From Bryobacterales bacterium (GTDB taxonomy: Bacteria > Acidobacteriota > Terriglobia > Bryobacterales > UBA6623), in the NCBI GenBank assembly GCA_965116065.1, contig OZ220485.1, positions 3,312,347-3,376,346 on the forward strand: a stretch of DNA of 64,000 bases. The letters run 5' to 3'. The notes beneath the pieces are model-generated. The model worked only from the letters and a program-made list of their open reading frames with translations. It had not been told where the DNA came from and searched no databases. This document shows positions 8,407-19,019 of the stretch, one piece after another (positions within the stretch are counted from its first letter, which is position 1; the number at the start of each line of letters is the position of its first letter). The translations under genes and the position numbers were made by a program.

Positions 8407-8602
8407 TCACCGTTTTGACTGCACAACGCAAGATCAACCGGAAAAACCGCTCTGAATCAAAGAGCATCTCGCGATCTTGGGGTACCGGAAGGTGCGAATC
8501 ATTGAGCGACTGAGCCGAATCTACCGGTGCTCTCGTGAGAAGATGCACTGATGTAGTCACTATTCAGTCCGCTCGATCCAGCATCAAGGAACCGCATACG
8601 CA

Positions 8603-10303
8603 ATGCCGCAATCCACTTCCTGCACCCGAAAGACCTACGACGCCGTGATCGTCGGCTCCGGCGCGACGGGTGGCTGGGCAGCGAAGGAGCTCACCGATGC
8701 CGGCCTTGATGTCGCCCTGATCGAGGCCGGATCACCCACGACTCCAGAACAATTCGGAGAGCATGTCCCCCCGTACGAACTGAAGTACCGCGACATGCGC
8801 CCCAACGGCGTGGCCTCACCCGAGATCGCCCGGCTGCGTCCCATGCATGCTCTCCAGTGGGCGTGTTCCGAGGTCAACTACCAGTGGTTCGCCAACGACA
8901 TCGAGAATCCGTACACCACCGCCGAGGGCAAACCCTTCGTGTGGGTACGGGTTCGTGCGCTGGGCGGGAGATCGCTGACATGGGGGCGGCAGAGCTATCG
9001 GCTCAGCGACCTGGACTTCAAGGCGGCGAGCCGAGACGGCGTCGGCATCGACTGGCCGTTCTCGTACAGGGATCTGGCTCCCTACTACGCCAAGGTCGAG
9101 CGGTTCATTGGAATCAGCGGACGCAGGGAAGGCCTGGCCCATTTCCCGGACGGCGAGTTCCTGCCGCCGATGGGCTTCACCTGCGGTGAACGGGCGCTGA
9201 AGCACGATATCGAGAGCCGCTTCGGCCGACCCGTGACGATCGGACGCTCGGCCGTGATCACTACGGACCATCAAGGTCGCGCGGCGTGCCACTTCTGTGG
9301 TCCGTGCAACCGTGGCTGCATCACGTACTCGTATTTTTCGAGCCCGTTCACCACACTGGAAGCCGCCAGGCAGACCGGACGACTGACGGTCATGACGGAT
9401 TCCGTGGTGTCCCACGTGACCACGGAGTCAGAGACAGGGCTGGCGTCCGGTATCGCATACATCGACCGGACCACCCGCACTCCCGGAGAAGTCCGCGCCA
9501 AGGTCGTCGTTCTCTGCGCATCCACACTGGAGTCCACCCGGATCCTCCTCAATTCCGCCAAGGGAGGCTTGGCGAACTCCAGCGGCACGCTGGGCCGTTA
9601 CCTGATGGACCACATGTATGGGGCAGCAGTCAGCGGCCGGATGCCCGAACTCGGCAAGGCCAGACCGTGGCACGGCCCTCCCCGCCGTCCCAACGGTATC
9701 TTCATTCCTCGCTTCCGCAACGTGACCCGTTCGCACACCAACGGCGTGATTCGCGGATACAGCTACCAAGGGAGTGCATCGCCGCGATTCGGCCTGGGAG
9801 CCCGGGGCTTCGGCAAGCACTTCAAGCAGGCGGTTCATGACGAGGCCTACTGGCGAGCCGGTCTGCACGGCTTCTGCGAGAGCCTGCCCAGCTACAACAA
9901 CCACGTCGAGATCGACCCGCATGGCGTCGACGCATGGGGCATACCGGTTCTCCGTATCCACATGGAGTGGGGTGACAACGAACGGGCACTCTTCCGGGAC
10001 TGTGTCGAGCAAGGAGCGGCCATGCTGGAGGCCGCCGGTGCCGTTGACATCGGTACATCTGCGACGCCCAAAGTGCCTGGAGACGGCATTCACGAAGTCG
10101 GCACAGCCCGCATGGGGTCGGATCCCAAGTGCTCCGTACTCAACCAGTACTGCCAGGCACACGACATCCGCAACCTCTTCGTCACGGACGGAGCAGCGTT
10201 CCCCAGTCTCGGGTCGGTCAACCCGACGCTCACGATGATGGCCAACACGGTCCGGGCATGCGAGTTCCTGGTCGAGGCCGGTCGGCGAGGGGAACTTGGA
10301 TAG
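8603..10303 (+). CDS. GMC-family FAD-dependent oxidoreductase
   Basis: YDAVIVGSGATGGWAAKEL dinucleotide-binding motif at the N-terminus. C-terminal HEVGTARMGSDPKCSVLNQYCQAHDIRNLFVTDGAAFPS is typical of the GMC_oxred_C domain. Confidence 0.9.
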   Translation: MPQSTSCTRKTYDAVIVGSGATGGWAAKELTDAGLDVALIEAGSPTTPEQFGEHVPPYELKYRDMRPNGVASPEIARLRPMHALQWACSEVNYQWFANDIENPYTTAEGKPFVWVRVRALGGRSLTWGRQSYRLSDLDFKAASRDGVGIDWPFSYRDLAPYYAKVERFIGISGRREGLAHFPDGEFLPPMGFTCGERALKHDIESRFGRPVTIGRSAVITTDHQGRAACHFCGPCNRGCITYSYFSSPFTTLEAARQTGRLTVMTDSVVSHVTTESETGLASGIAYIDRTTRTPGEVRAKVVVLCASTLESTRILLNSAKGGLANSSGTLGRYLMDHMYGAAVSGRMPELGKARPWHGPPRRPNGIFIPRFRNVTRSHTNGVIRGYSYQGSASPRFGLGARGFGKHFKQAVHDEAYWRAGLHGFCESLPSYNNHVEIDPHGVDAWGIPVLRIHMEWGDNERALFRDCVEQGAAMLEAAGAVDIGTSATPKVPGDGIHEVGTARMGSDPKCSVLNQYCQAHDIRNLFVTDGAAFPSLGSVNPTLTMMANTVRACEFLVEAGRRGELG

Positions 10304-10418
10304 CACCCCCGACGGTCTTGCGCCGCCTCTGGAACAGTCGCGAGAAGGTGGGACTACCAGAGACACGCCGGTGCACGCCGGACGCAGGCACCGCGCAACA
10401 GGCCCTGTTGCGGCGGAA

Positions 10419-11774
10419 TCAGACTCGGCTGAAAACGGACCCGCCGAGCGTCCCCGTGCTGTCGGCGAATGACTCCTTCTCGACACCCAGCGAGTGGAGG
10501 ATGCTCAGGTACATGTTGGCCATCCGCGACTCGCCATCGTGCCAGTAGCTCCCGTGCTGCAGGCCCATGCTGGCTCCTCCGGCGATCAGCGTCGGCAGGT
10601 TGGTCGGGTTGTGTGTGGTGCTGGCGCCGCTCCCGAACAGCACGATCGTGTTGTCCAGGACCGTGCTGTTGCGGTCCCTGTACTCGGACAGCCGCCCGAA
10701 GAAATACGCGACCTGCTGACTCAGGAAGTGGTCGTACTTCGCAAACTGCAGCTGGCCTTCCTTGTCGTTCGCATGCGACAGCTTGTGATGGGTGCGGTCC
10801 AGTCCCAGCTTCAGCGGGAACGTGTCACTGATTCCCATACCGTCCTCACGGTTCAGCATGAACGCGACACTGCGCGTGATGTCCGCATCGAACGCCAACG
10901 CGATCAGGTCGAACATCGTGCGGTAGAACTCCGCCGGTTCGCCTTCGGATGTTGCGTCAAGGTTCAGCTGGGAGTAGTCCTGCTTCTTGAGCGGGACATC
11001 GATCCAGCGCTCCGATGCGATGAGCCGAGACTCGACTTCGTTCAGCGAGGTCAGATACTGGTCCATTCGTGCACGGTCGGACCTGCCCAGACGCCGGTCC
11101 AGATCACGTGCACTCTCGGCGACGGCGTCCACGAGCTTGATGCGTCGACGGAGCATGTCGCGCTCGGATTCAAGCGAGGCCCGGTCGCCTCGAAAGAGAC
11201 GATCGAACACCCGGCGAGGGTTGTTCTCAGCGGGAATCGGCCGCCCCTCCAGGCTGTAGGAGATGGTTCCGGTCCTCGACAGGTAGCCGGTCCCTGCATC
11301 GATCGACAGCACGAGTGAGGGCTGCCGGCAGTGCTGCTTGGTATGCAGCGCAATCACCTGGTCCAGTCCGACGCTGTTGTAGGTGCCCGGCTTGGGATTG
11401 TGCAGCGGAGCACCGGTCAACCACATGTCGGAGCAGGTATGGGGATCGGCCTTGGGCCCGCTCGGGTGATGCAAACCACCCATGAAGCTGAGCTTCTGCC
11501 GGAACGGGCTGAGCGGCTCGGTGGAACGTCCGAAGACGAATTCCCCGCCCTCTTCGGCTCGCGGGAACCAACTCCACTCGTCCAACTCGTTCTCCGCCTT
11601 CGGCAGGGACATTCCGTTGGCCGTATACAGAGCGCAGAACCGACGCGGAATCTGCTCGGCGACCTCGGCCCCCATGGCATCGAGAACCGGCAGCGCCAGT
11701 GCCGCTCCCCCCATGCCATGCAGGAATGCTCGTCGGTTCATCGTGGTGCAACTATTCATGTGATCTTCTGCCAA
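10419..11774 (-). CDS. DUF1552 domain protein (Tat signal)
   Basis: [23 protein letters not shown]... (likely start ATG 11741), then [18 protein letters not shown] and a C-terminal ...GDSTGTL-like end, all characteristic of DUF1552. Confidence 0.85.
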   Translation of the reverse strand: MAEDHMNSCTTMNRRAFLHGMGGAALALPVLDAMGAEVAEQIPRRFCALYTANGMSLPKAENELDEWSWFPRAEEGGEFVFGRSTEPLSPFRQKLSFMGGLHHPSGPKADPHTCSDMWLTGAPLHNPKPGTYNSVGLDQVIALHTKQHCRQPSLVLSIDAGTGYLSRTGTISYSLEGRPIPAENNPRRVFDRLFRGDRASLESERDMLRRRIKLVDAVAESARDLDRRLGRSDRARMDQYLTSLNEVESRLIASERWIDVPLKKQDYSQLNLDATSEGEPAEFYRTMFDLIALAFDADITRSVAFMLNREDGMGISDTFPLKLGLDRTHHKLSHANDKEGQLQFAKYDHFLSQQVAYFFGRLSEYRDRNSTVLDNTIVLFGSGASTTHNPTNLPTLIAGGASMGLQHGSYWHDGESRMANMYLSILHSLGVEKESFADSTGTLGGSVFSRV

Positions 11775-11791
11775 GACCGTGCGGGGGCCGC

Positions 11792-14700
11792 CTATTTCTC
11801 GAGGAACAACGGACTGGCCGCCACGTACCGGACCATGTCCCGCATCCGGTAGCCGCCAGCCCTGAGCTTCAGGCCGTCCTGCTGGAGATAGTTTAGCTCA
11901 TTGTAGGTGAGGCTTCGCCCGTTCGCGTACGTCGTGAGGTGCTTGAGAACGCTGAACGCCACCTGATCCATCCGATCCTCGACAAGATAGCGTTTCAGGT
12001 CGTCCAGCCCTGCGACCTCGGTGCCATCCGGAAGCGTGGACCTGGCGTCAGGGCGGGTCGCTTTGAGGAGGCCACCCGCATCCAGTTCTTCCAGCGGCAG
12101 ACCCCATGGATCGATCTTGGTGTGACACTGCATGCACCCAGGCTGGTCACGATGCATCTCGAGCCGTTCACGGAGCGACAGGCCCTCGGTGGACTCCTCC
12201 AGGTCCGGCACGTTCGGAGGTGGCGGGTCGGGTGGTTCCGCTACGATCTTTCGCGCCAGCCAAGCTCCGCGCTTCACCGGATTCGACTCCCGACCGTCCG
12301 ACAACCCCGCCATGATCGCGGCCTGGGTCAACAGGCCCCCGAGTTCTGGACGTCCATGGCGGATCGGCTCGAATCGAAACCCGCTCTCGACCCTGTCTCC
12401 CAGCCCGTAGTAGGTGGCCACGGCTTCGTTGGCAACGACGAAGTCCGAAGCGATCAGGTGCCGGGCCGACAGGTTGTTGCGAACCAGATACCGGAGCAGG
12501 GCCGACGGCTCTTTCCGCAACTGCGCCCGCACGTCCCGAGTCAGCGTTGGGAACCTCTCGGAGTCGGATTCCAACACATCGAACTTGTCCAGGCTCAGCC
12601 AACGGTAGGCAAACTCATCCGCGAACTGCGCAAAGCGAGGATCGTCGATCATCCGGTCCACTTCCGACCCGAGATGCTCGCGCAGCTCCCGCCGTCCGGC
12701 CAGGTCCAGCAGGGTCCGGTCGGGAGGGCCGTTCCACAGGAAGTACGCAAGCTTGGACGCGAGTTCGAACTCTTCGACCGGTTCCGGCTCAGGCGTAGCG
12801 CTATTCTCGACGAGGAACAGGAACTGGGGGGACGTCAACGCCACCTGCAGGGTGTCGGCCACACTGTCGCGGAATCCCCGTCCACTATCCATGGATCGTT
12901 CGAAGACCCTCAGCAGGGCGTCCTCTTCGGACTCTTCAATCGGTCGACGGAACGCCCGTCCGACGAAGCTGCGGACGACCTCGCGGGCATAGGCGCGGGA
13001 GTCCGACTTCCGGGCGGAGTCGATGAAGATGTTCCGGTGCGTCGCGGGCGGCCAGGTCTCGTAGAGTGGACCCTCGAACTCCACGGACCGGATCAGCAGC
13101 CGGGGCATGTCGCGGCCGTCCGTATACTCGCTGCGGACGGCGATCTCTCGAACGCCAGCCAGATAGTTGACGTTGTTGGCCTCGACGTCCGGATTGGGAA
13201 AATCGCGGATGGCGCCCTCGAAGACATACTGTGCAAGTCCTCCGTCACCAACGGTCTGAGGGTGGCCAACGGGAGCGAACGTGCTACCGCAGTCCCGGCG
13301 AAAGCCGAGATGGACGCCGACTCTGGGTTGTCGCTTCTCGAAGGCGCCGAAGCGACGGGCCACAGGATGTTCGTCGGGCAGCCGTGTGAACGCGACGTGG
13401 CTCACCGGTGCCTTGCCGTCATACCGTACCGCCAGCGGAAGCCTCCCGGCGGGAAGCCGCACTGCCAGGAACGCCGGCTGGACCAGTTCCCTCGAGAATT
13501 CGCGATCTCCCAGTACCAGGGTGAGTTCCTTGGCCTCCATCGGAGGCGGCAGGGCGAAGTCCCGGCCCGGCTCGACCAGTGTCTGTACCTCGGCACCGTC
13601 AAGTGCGCGCCGGTAGAGCCGTACGTCCCGAATATCTCCCCAGAACTCCTCGGCGCCAGGAACGCGGCCAATGTGAAGGTCGGCCTCCGGATTACCGAGT
13701 TCGTCCGAGCCGATCGTTCCCGTGGTGACGGGATATCCGTTCACGTACAGCGTCACTCCATCCTTGCCGCGCCGCACGACGGCGGCGATATGCTGCCAAT
13801 CCCGAGCGCGCAGCACGGGCTGCCTCGCAGTCACGGCACCGTTCGATTCCCGGTCCGGACCTGTCGTCTGCAGACGGAGGAGCCCCCGGTTGTTGGCCAT
13901 CTCCAGGTACCAGCCCTGCGTGTACTGAAAGGCTCCGATCCCCAGCAACGCGGACTTTCTGAGTCGGTCGGGGTTGATCCAGGCCGCGACGGTGAAGTCG
14001 CCATCTCCCACATCCATGGAATCACTCCACGGCACCACAACCGAATCGCCGTCTCCGTCAAAGGACACGGCTCGACCGAGCGGGGAATCGACATATTTCG
14101 CATCGCCTTCCAGCCGAGCGGAAGAGACCCCCTCCGCGGGCCACGGCCCGACAACTCCCTCGGACAGGCGAGAGTACGGAGCGGGTTCGGGCAGCCAGTC
14201 CTCGTCGCTCTCGTGGACATCAATCTGATAGATGCCCGCAGCATCAAGGTCCACTGCTGTCGGCGCACCCGACGCCGGAAGGGCAACGGACTGCGCAAGG
14301 TCCGGGTCCTGGGGACTTTCGCCGCGGTCAAGAAGGAGGAGACCGTCGTCGTACTTCGCGGCAGTCACAGTCACCCGGAATCGCCCGAAATCCGGTAGCT
14401 CCCGCACCGAGATCTTGAAGTTGGCCATCGGACCGAACGTGCCATCGCTACGGAAGATCTCGTCCGTCGGGATCGCTGGGCGGAGCAGCAGGCCTTCCGG
14501 CACGGTGTTGTACGGGCTGCCCTTGGGATAACCCCGGCTGCCCCGCATGCAAGCGAACACCGCATGGTAGATGCTGTCGAAGTCCCGCCACCCCCGTACC
14601 GTCGCATTCCCCTTGTATCCCTCGTTGAAGCGGTACCGGGTACGCATGCGGTGGGGCTCGAATGCAAAGGTCTTCAGGAGTACGGGTTGGGTGACGACAT

Positions 14701-15439
14701 AGTCCTGAATGGGGACGAGCATGCTGTTCGCCCCGAGAATCAGCTCCTCCGAAAGCGGCTCGGGATTGATCGAAGCTCCCAGTTCGACGCGGAAGTTCTG
14801 GATCGACGGCCTGGAATCCGGATCGACGATCGAGCGCCGCAGTGCTTCGCCAGCGATCTCGAGGTAAGCTTCCATCAGGAGTGGCGAAATCTCGAGCGTC
14901 TCGGAGTTGTTGACGAACCCGTCCTCCGACACTGCATCCGGCGGGAGAATGTCGGTGAGATCGTCATCGAGCCGCAACAGCGAACGCAGGGTGTTGCGGT
15001 ACTGCGAGACGGTCAGGCGGCGTACATTGCCGTTCTTGGGCGTCGGGCGGGATCGAGCAACATGCATGGCATGCTCGATCCATTCGGACACGGCGGCTCT
15101 GGCTTTGCCGAGGGGTTGCGGGAACCCCTCGGGTGGCATGGCCCCACTGTCGATCTGATGCTGAACGACCTCCCAGAGCCGGAGATGGCGCTCCTCCAGT
15201 GCTCCGTTCAACTGGTCCAGGCGGATTCCCGAGGTCGGATTGTCCGCATTGTGGCAGACGATGCAGTTCTGCGTCAGGAAGGGCCTCATGACCTCTCCGA
15301 AGGACCGCTCGAGATCCAACTCAGGCTCCCGGGCTGCCTGCGCAGGCACTGTACGGACAGCCCATGTGAGAGCGGCCGCCGAAACGACCGCCAGGATGCA
15401 CATGCTCCATGAGCGAGACAACCGTTCCGGCACATTCAT
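11792..15439 (-). CDS. DUF1587/DUF1592/DUF1595/DUF1588/DUF1585-family protein with haem-c-like CxxCH motifs and a LamG-like insert
   Basis: ORF 11792..15517; start chosen at [19 protein letters not shown] (15439). CIVCHN near the N-terminus and [12 protein letters not shown] near the C-terminus. Central [12 protein letters not shown]...[12 protein letters not shown]...LYVNG is a LamG/ConA-like lectin signature. Confidence 0.85.
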   Translation of the reverse strand: MNVPERLSRSWSMCILAVVSAAALTWAVRTVPAQAAREPELDLERSFGEVMRPFLTQNCIVCHNADNPTSGIRLDQLNGALEERHLRLWEVVQHQIDSGAMPPEGFPQPLGKARAAVSEWIEHAMHVARSRPTPKNGNVRRLTVSQYRNTLRSLLRLDDDLTDILPPDAVSEDGFVNNSETLEISPLLMEAYLEIAGEALRRSIVDPDSRPSIQNFRVELGASINPEPLSEELILGANSMLVPIQDYVVTQPVLLKTFAFEPHRMRTRYRFNEGYKGNATVRGWRDFDSIYHAVFACMRGSRGYPKGSPYNTVPEGLLLRPAIPTDEIFRSDGTFGPMANFKISVRELPDFGRFRVTVTAAKYDDGLLLLDRGESPQDPDLAQSVALPASGAPTAVDLDAAGIYQIDVHESDEDWLPEPAPYSRLSEGVVGPWPAEGVSSARLEGDAKYVDSPLGRAVSFDGDGDSVVVPWSDSMDVGDGDFTVAAWINPDRLRKSALLGIGAFQYTQGWYLEMANNRGLLRLQTTGPDRESNGAVTARQPVLRARDWQHIAAVVRRGKDGVTLYVNGYPVTTGTIGSDELGNPEADLHIGRVPGAEEFWGDIRDVRLYRRALDGAEVQTLVEPGRDFALPPPMEAKELTLVLGDREFSRELVQPAFLAVRLPAGRLPLAVRYDGKAPVSHVAFTRLPDEHPVARRFGAFEKRQPRVGVHLGFRRDCGSTFAPVGHPQTVGDGGLAQYVFEGAIRDFPNPDVEANNVNYLAGVREIAVRSEYTDGRDMPRLLIRSVEFEGPLYETWPPATHRNIFIDSARKSDSRAYAREVVRSFVGRAFRRPIEESEEDALLRVFERSMDSGRGFRDSVADTLQVALTSPQFLFLVENSATPEPEPVEEFELASKLAYFLWNGPPDRTLLDLAGRRELREHLGSEVDRMIDDPRFAQFADEFAYRWLSLDKFDVLESDSERFPTLTRDVRAQLRKEPSALLRYLVRNNLSARHLIASDFVVANEAVATYYGLGDRVESGFRFEPIRHGRPELGGLLTQAAIMAGLSDGRESNPVKRGAWLARKIVAEPPDPPPPNVPDLEESTEGLSLRERLEMHRDQPGCMQCHTKIDPWGLPLEELDAGGLLKATRPDARSTLPDGTEVAGLDDLKRYLVEDRMDQVAFSVLKHLTTYANGRSLTYNELNYLQQDGLKLRAGGYRMRDMVRYVAASPLFLEK

Positions 15440-15453
15440 GGCGAATTTGGGCG

Positions 15454-15478
15454 CCGTTCCGGCCTGCGGCCGGAACGG
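15454..15478. other. Perfect 11-bp-stem GC-rich hairpin (CCGTTCCGGCC-tgc-GGCCGGAACGG)
   Basis: Read directly from the sequence. It lies between the DUF433 gene and the DUF1592-family start on the minus strand. No T-tract follows, so a terminator role is not supported. Confidence 0.4.
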
Positions 15479-15688
15479 ACCGATACAATTATGGTACCGC
15501 CGACCAGCCGTGAGCAATCGTGGTCAGGGACGAGCAACCAAGGCCATGACTCACTCTGCCAGCAGTGGGAGCGGGTCCCTTCGCGGGATCCCGGAAGATG
15601 CTTGGAGCCCGACTGCTTCCGCACCGGAGTCCGTCGACCCGAACGATGCATGGTGACGATAGGCACGGTGAAGGGACCAGTTCGCCAG

Positions 15689-15976
15689 TCAGAGAGCGGC
15701 CAGCAAATGCCAGACACGCCCGGATGTACTCGGATCAACAAACGGACACTCGCTGAGAACGGTCTCCGCGCTGTGCCCCGCCAGCGGCTTCCCCAAGACA
15801 TGCTCGAAAGTGAGGCGCATGTCGCGGATGACCGGCTTGCCGTTGAAGATATCAGCACCCACGGTGATGCGATCAGACAGGTCGGACTCAATGGTAGGTG
15901 GATCCGGATTCGTCGCTTCAGATCGGATCCGATACGCTAGCCCACCTTGCATTGAGCGCCACGATTGAGATTTCAT
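15689..15976 (-). CDS. DUF433 domain protein (antitoxin-like small HTH protein)
   Basis: ITVGADIFNGKPVIRDMRLTFEHVLGKPLAGHSAETVLSECP matches the DUF433 core pattern (GKPxIRGTRIxVxxVLxxLxxGxSxEEIL). The C-terminus looks degenerate, and no DUF5615/PIN partner was found. Confidence 0.55.
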   Translation of the reverse strand: MKSQSWRSMQGGLAYRIRSEATNPDPPTIESDLSDRITVGADIFNGKPVIRDMRLTFEHVLGKPLAGHSAETVLSECPFVDPSTSGRVWHLLAAL

Positions 15977-16185
15977 ACACTGTTGGCAGCCGATACCAGC
16001 AAGGCAGTGGAGAGAGTCTCATGCGAGAAGCGTCGGCGCACCGGCGCCAAGATCGGTAAGGCACCCCTCCAAGCGCCTGAGCGGATTCACCCGGCTGTGC
16101 GCCAACCAAATGCGAGCAAGGACCCAAGACGGATCAGCGTGATTGTCCGAGTAATGAACTGGCCCGCTCGACCAAGGACGCGACC

Positions 16186-17316
16186 ATGACTCGACGACAG
16201 ATTCTCATGATGTCGGCTTTCGCCGGCGCTATTGCTGGCGGTCGCGCATCCGCGACTGCGACCACACAGGCCAATGCGGACGGATTCTTCACACTTGCCA
16301 GACGCTCCGGTCGCTGGTGGCTGCTCACTCCCGACGGCAGCCCCTTTTTCTCACTCGGGTTGAACCACATTGACCCCGCGAGTCTTCGCTATCCGGAGAA
16401 CATGCATATCTGGAAGGACAAGTACGGTGGCAGCACAACCAGGTGGATCAAGGAGTCGGTCGTTCCCAACCTGAAGAAGTGGGGCTTCAACACTGTCGGC
16501 TGGGTACAGGAGGTCACGGTTCGCAAGTGGCGGCATTCGCGTCCCTTCACGAACGACGAGTACCGGGCGCTCGGCATGCCGTTCTGCCATTTGCTGCCAC
16601 TCACGGAATCCCATCAGTGGGAGAAACACACGCGACATTTCGACTTCAAGGCACCGGACTGGGCGGACTGGACTGATTACGTAGCCCGCTCGCACTGCTC
16701 CGAACTGGCGGACGAACCGAATCTGATCGGATATTTCTACAGCGATTGCCCGACATGGGTTCATGAACGGCCGGACAATGCATGGCGGGGACCGATCTTC
16801 GATCCCGAACGACTCCAGAGCGAGGCGGGGCGCAAGGAGCTTTTCGAGCTTGCGAGCAGCTACTACAAGACGGCCCACGACGCCATCCGGCGCTATGACC
16901 CACACCATCTCCTCTTCGGGGACCGTTACGAGGCCAACGCAGCAATTGCCACGGAAGTTGTGGAAGCCGCCGACCCGTACGTGGACATCCTGTCGTTTCA
17001 GGACTTCCGGGACCCACTCAGACACCTTGCTGAATGGCATGAGCGAACGGGAAAGCCAGTGCTGCTGGCAGATGCGGCGAAGATCCGCCCTGCTGGCGAG
17101 GACGGCTTTGTTCCGAACGACGGAGAGTGGTACGCCGAAGTGCTGGAGGGGCTGTTCCAGAACCCCGGGTGCGTCGGCTACCACCTGTGCGGGGCCTACC
17201 AGCGGAACAAGGCCCGTCGGCGGGGACTGCTCGACGAGATGGAGCGCCCAGACCAAGCGAACGTGGACCTGATCGCGGCGGCAAACCATCGCATAGCTCA
17301 ATCGGTTCCCGAATAG
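16186..17316 (+). CDS. Tat-exported hydrolase, putative glycoside-hydrolase-like TIM barrel
   Basis: MTRRQILMMSAFAGAIAGG twin-arginine signal. 'GRWWLLTPDGSPFFSLGLNHI' and 'NLIGYFYSDCP' blocks resemble secreted GH-A-clan enzymes. Family not identified. Confidence 0.5.
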   Translation: MTRRQILMMSAFAGAIAGGRASATATTQANADGFFTLARRSGRWWLLTPDGSPFFSLGLNHIDPASLRYPENMHIWKDKYGGSTTRWIKESVVPNLKKWGFNTVGWVQEVTVRKWRHSRPFTNDEYRALGMPFCHLLPLTESHQWEKHTRHFDFKAPDWADWTDYVARSHCSELADEPNLIGYFYSDCPTWVHERPDNAWRGPIFDPERLQSEAGRKELFELASSYYKTAHDAIRRYDPHHLLFGDRYEANAAIATEVVEAADPYVDILSFQDFRDPLRHLAEWHERTGKPVLLADAAKIRPAGEDGFVPNDGEWYAEVLEGLFQNPGCVGYHLCGAYQRNKARRRGLLDEMERPDQANVDLIAAANHRIAQSVPE

Positions 17317-17737
17317 GCCGTAGCGATCGACCGCGTCAAGCGTCAAGTGGGGCCATGCTACGGATTCGACGCGGTTCAAGCTCGTCAGAGCAGTGTTCGA
17401 CACAATTGGCTCCTGAGTACTTCCGAGTGCGACAGGATCGGACACGTCACTAGCGAGGCAGCCCGATCCGTGCCCTAACGAAGATAGATTTCCCGGTGTT
17501 GGTCAAAGTTCTGAAAAGAGAGGCTGTAAACTCGGCCTGACCGATCATATGCCAAGAATATCCTCCAGTCCATTGTCGACCAACTACTCTACTCCGGCTT
17601 CGACTTATCGTGGGCTATAGCCCTTCTGAGCGAAGAGAATACGATTCTGAAAATTAAGATAGTCCTTGATTCTAGTTGCCACTTCTTAATAGTGCATTTT
17701 GTGCTAAAGAATCATGATCTCGTTCGAGATGTACTCC

Positions 17738-18706
17738 CTACACCAGTCTTGATTCATCTGTCATATTGCTCCGTCTTGGCTGCCGGATAGCAGAGTTTCG
17801 CTCCCAAAATACTCCGTCACTGTATCCTTGTATAGTCGAATCCTTCTGTGCAGCGCTAATCCGCTTTCTTGCCCAGCAAAGGTATTCGATATTTATATCG
17901 ATTCCACACCAACGTCGCCCCAATTTTTCGGCAACTACTGCGGAGGTTCCGCTTCCCAAGAACGGGTCGAATACAAGATCGTTCTCTCGTGAACTGGCGA
18001 GAACTAGTTTTGCAATCAACTTTTCCGGCTTTTGAGTTGGATGAGGTGTATTTTCCGGCATTGACCAAAACGGCACGGTCAAATCTGTCCAGATATTGGA
18101 TGGATAGGTCAATCGGAAGTTACCTTCGGCATCCTGATCCCAGTCCTTTGGATCTCCATTCACACGATAGGGTGCCAGTACCTTGCGCTTCAATTTCACG
18201 GAGTCCACATCGAAGTAATAGTCGCTGGAGTTTGTACAAAACCATATGTCTTCAGTATTGTTTTTCCAATTTCGTCTTGCCCCTCTCCCTTTTTCTCGCT
18301 CCCAAGTGATTCGATTGTGCACAAGAAATCGCTCTTCCAAGACCGGAAGTACCAATGTTGACGTCCTCCAGTCAGAACAAACATACAGTGTAGAAGTCGG
18401 CTTTAACATTGGAACGATCGCTTCTATGATCTTCTCAAACCAAGATGTATACCTCGATTCATGTAGTTTTCTGAAGTGATTCCCATTATAGTTCTTGGTT
18501 AAATTATACGGTGGATCAAGTATAAGCAGGTCAACAAAGTGATTTGGTAAGTGATCGAATATGTCAAGAAAATCGCCCTTAATTAGCCTGTACTCCAAGT
18601 CTTGGACTTCTATTGATTTTTCAACTCGAACAATACTCCTCGATAGCTCCTGTATCTCTTCTGGGGTACATGTCAGCGTCCGATTTCGTGGTGCGCGATC
18701 CGTCAT
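17738..18706 (-). CDS. Beta-class DNA methyltransferase (N6-adenine/N4-cytosine type), orphan
   Basis: Motif IV 'LILDPPYN' sits N-terminal of motif I 'DPFLGSGTSAVVAEKLGRRWCGIDI', the beta-class order. The gene and its flanks are strongly AT-shifted relative to the window. Confidence 0.9.
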   Translation of the reverse strand: MTDRAPRNRTLTCTPEEIQELSRSIVRVEKSIEVQDLEYRLIKGDFLDIFDHLPNHFVDLLILDPPYNLTKNYNGNHFRKLHESRYTSWFEKIIEAIVPMLKPTSTLYVCSDWRTSTLVLPVLEERFLVHNRITWEREKGRGARRNWKNNTEDIWFCTNSSDYYFDVDSVKLKRKVLAPYRVNGDPKDWDQDAEGNFRLTYPSNIWTDLTVPFWSMPENTPHPTQKPEKLIAKLVLASSRENDLVFDPFLGSGTSAVVAEKLGRRWCGIDINIEYLCWARKRISAAQKDSTIQGYSDGVFWERNSAIRQPRRSNMTDESRLV

Positions 18707-19019
18707 GAACTTCCCTGTACGCGTACTGGATCTCAGGTGTGTCCTAGATGCTGCATTGTATTCCGCTCACTCCTACAAGCGTATCACCTTCAACATCTCG
18801 GCTCCGGGCAGTTGTCATCTTGATGTGGACGGGACGAAGAGAATCTGGCTGGCCAGTCAACTCGCGTTGATACATGTCCAGACCTGACCAGTGGTACGAT
18901 GTTGCATGGTCTCAGATGTGGAGGCCTGTAGGTGAGAGATCTCACTCCTTGGATCCGTCGCTGTACAGGAGGAATGGCTCCCGCCCGGGACGGGGTTCCT
19001 CCCGGCCAGAGTCTACTAC

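Noticed and set aside
11939-14398. 819-aa ORF on the plus strand
   Set aside because: It is entirely antisense to the well-supported DUF1592-family gene. It is Arg/Gly/Pro/Val-rich with no motifs, a typical shadow ORF of high-GC DNA. The same reasoning applies to 9428..10486(-), 16351..17445(-), 25167..26288(+), 26615..27751(+), 36049..37251(-), 44270..45121(-), 51521..52837(-), 58104..58985(-) and 59937..60965(+).
17475-17588. RelE/ParE-like 32-codon ORF downstream of the orphan methylase
   Set aside because: The pattern resemblance is limited to ~30 residues and all frames upstream are closed by stops. It is too short to call as a gene or pseudogene feature and is mentioned only as context.
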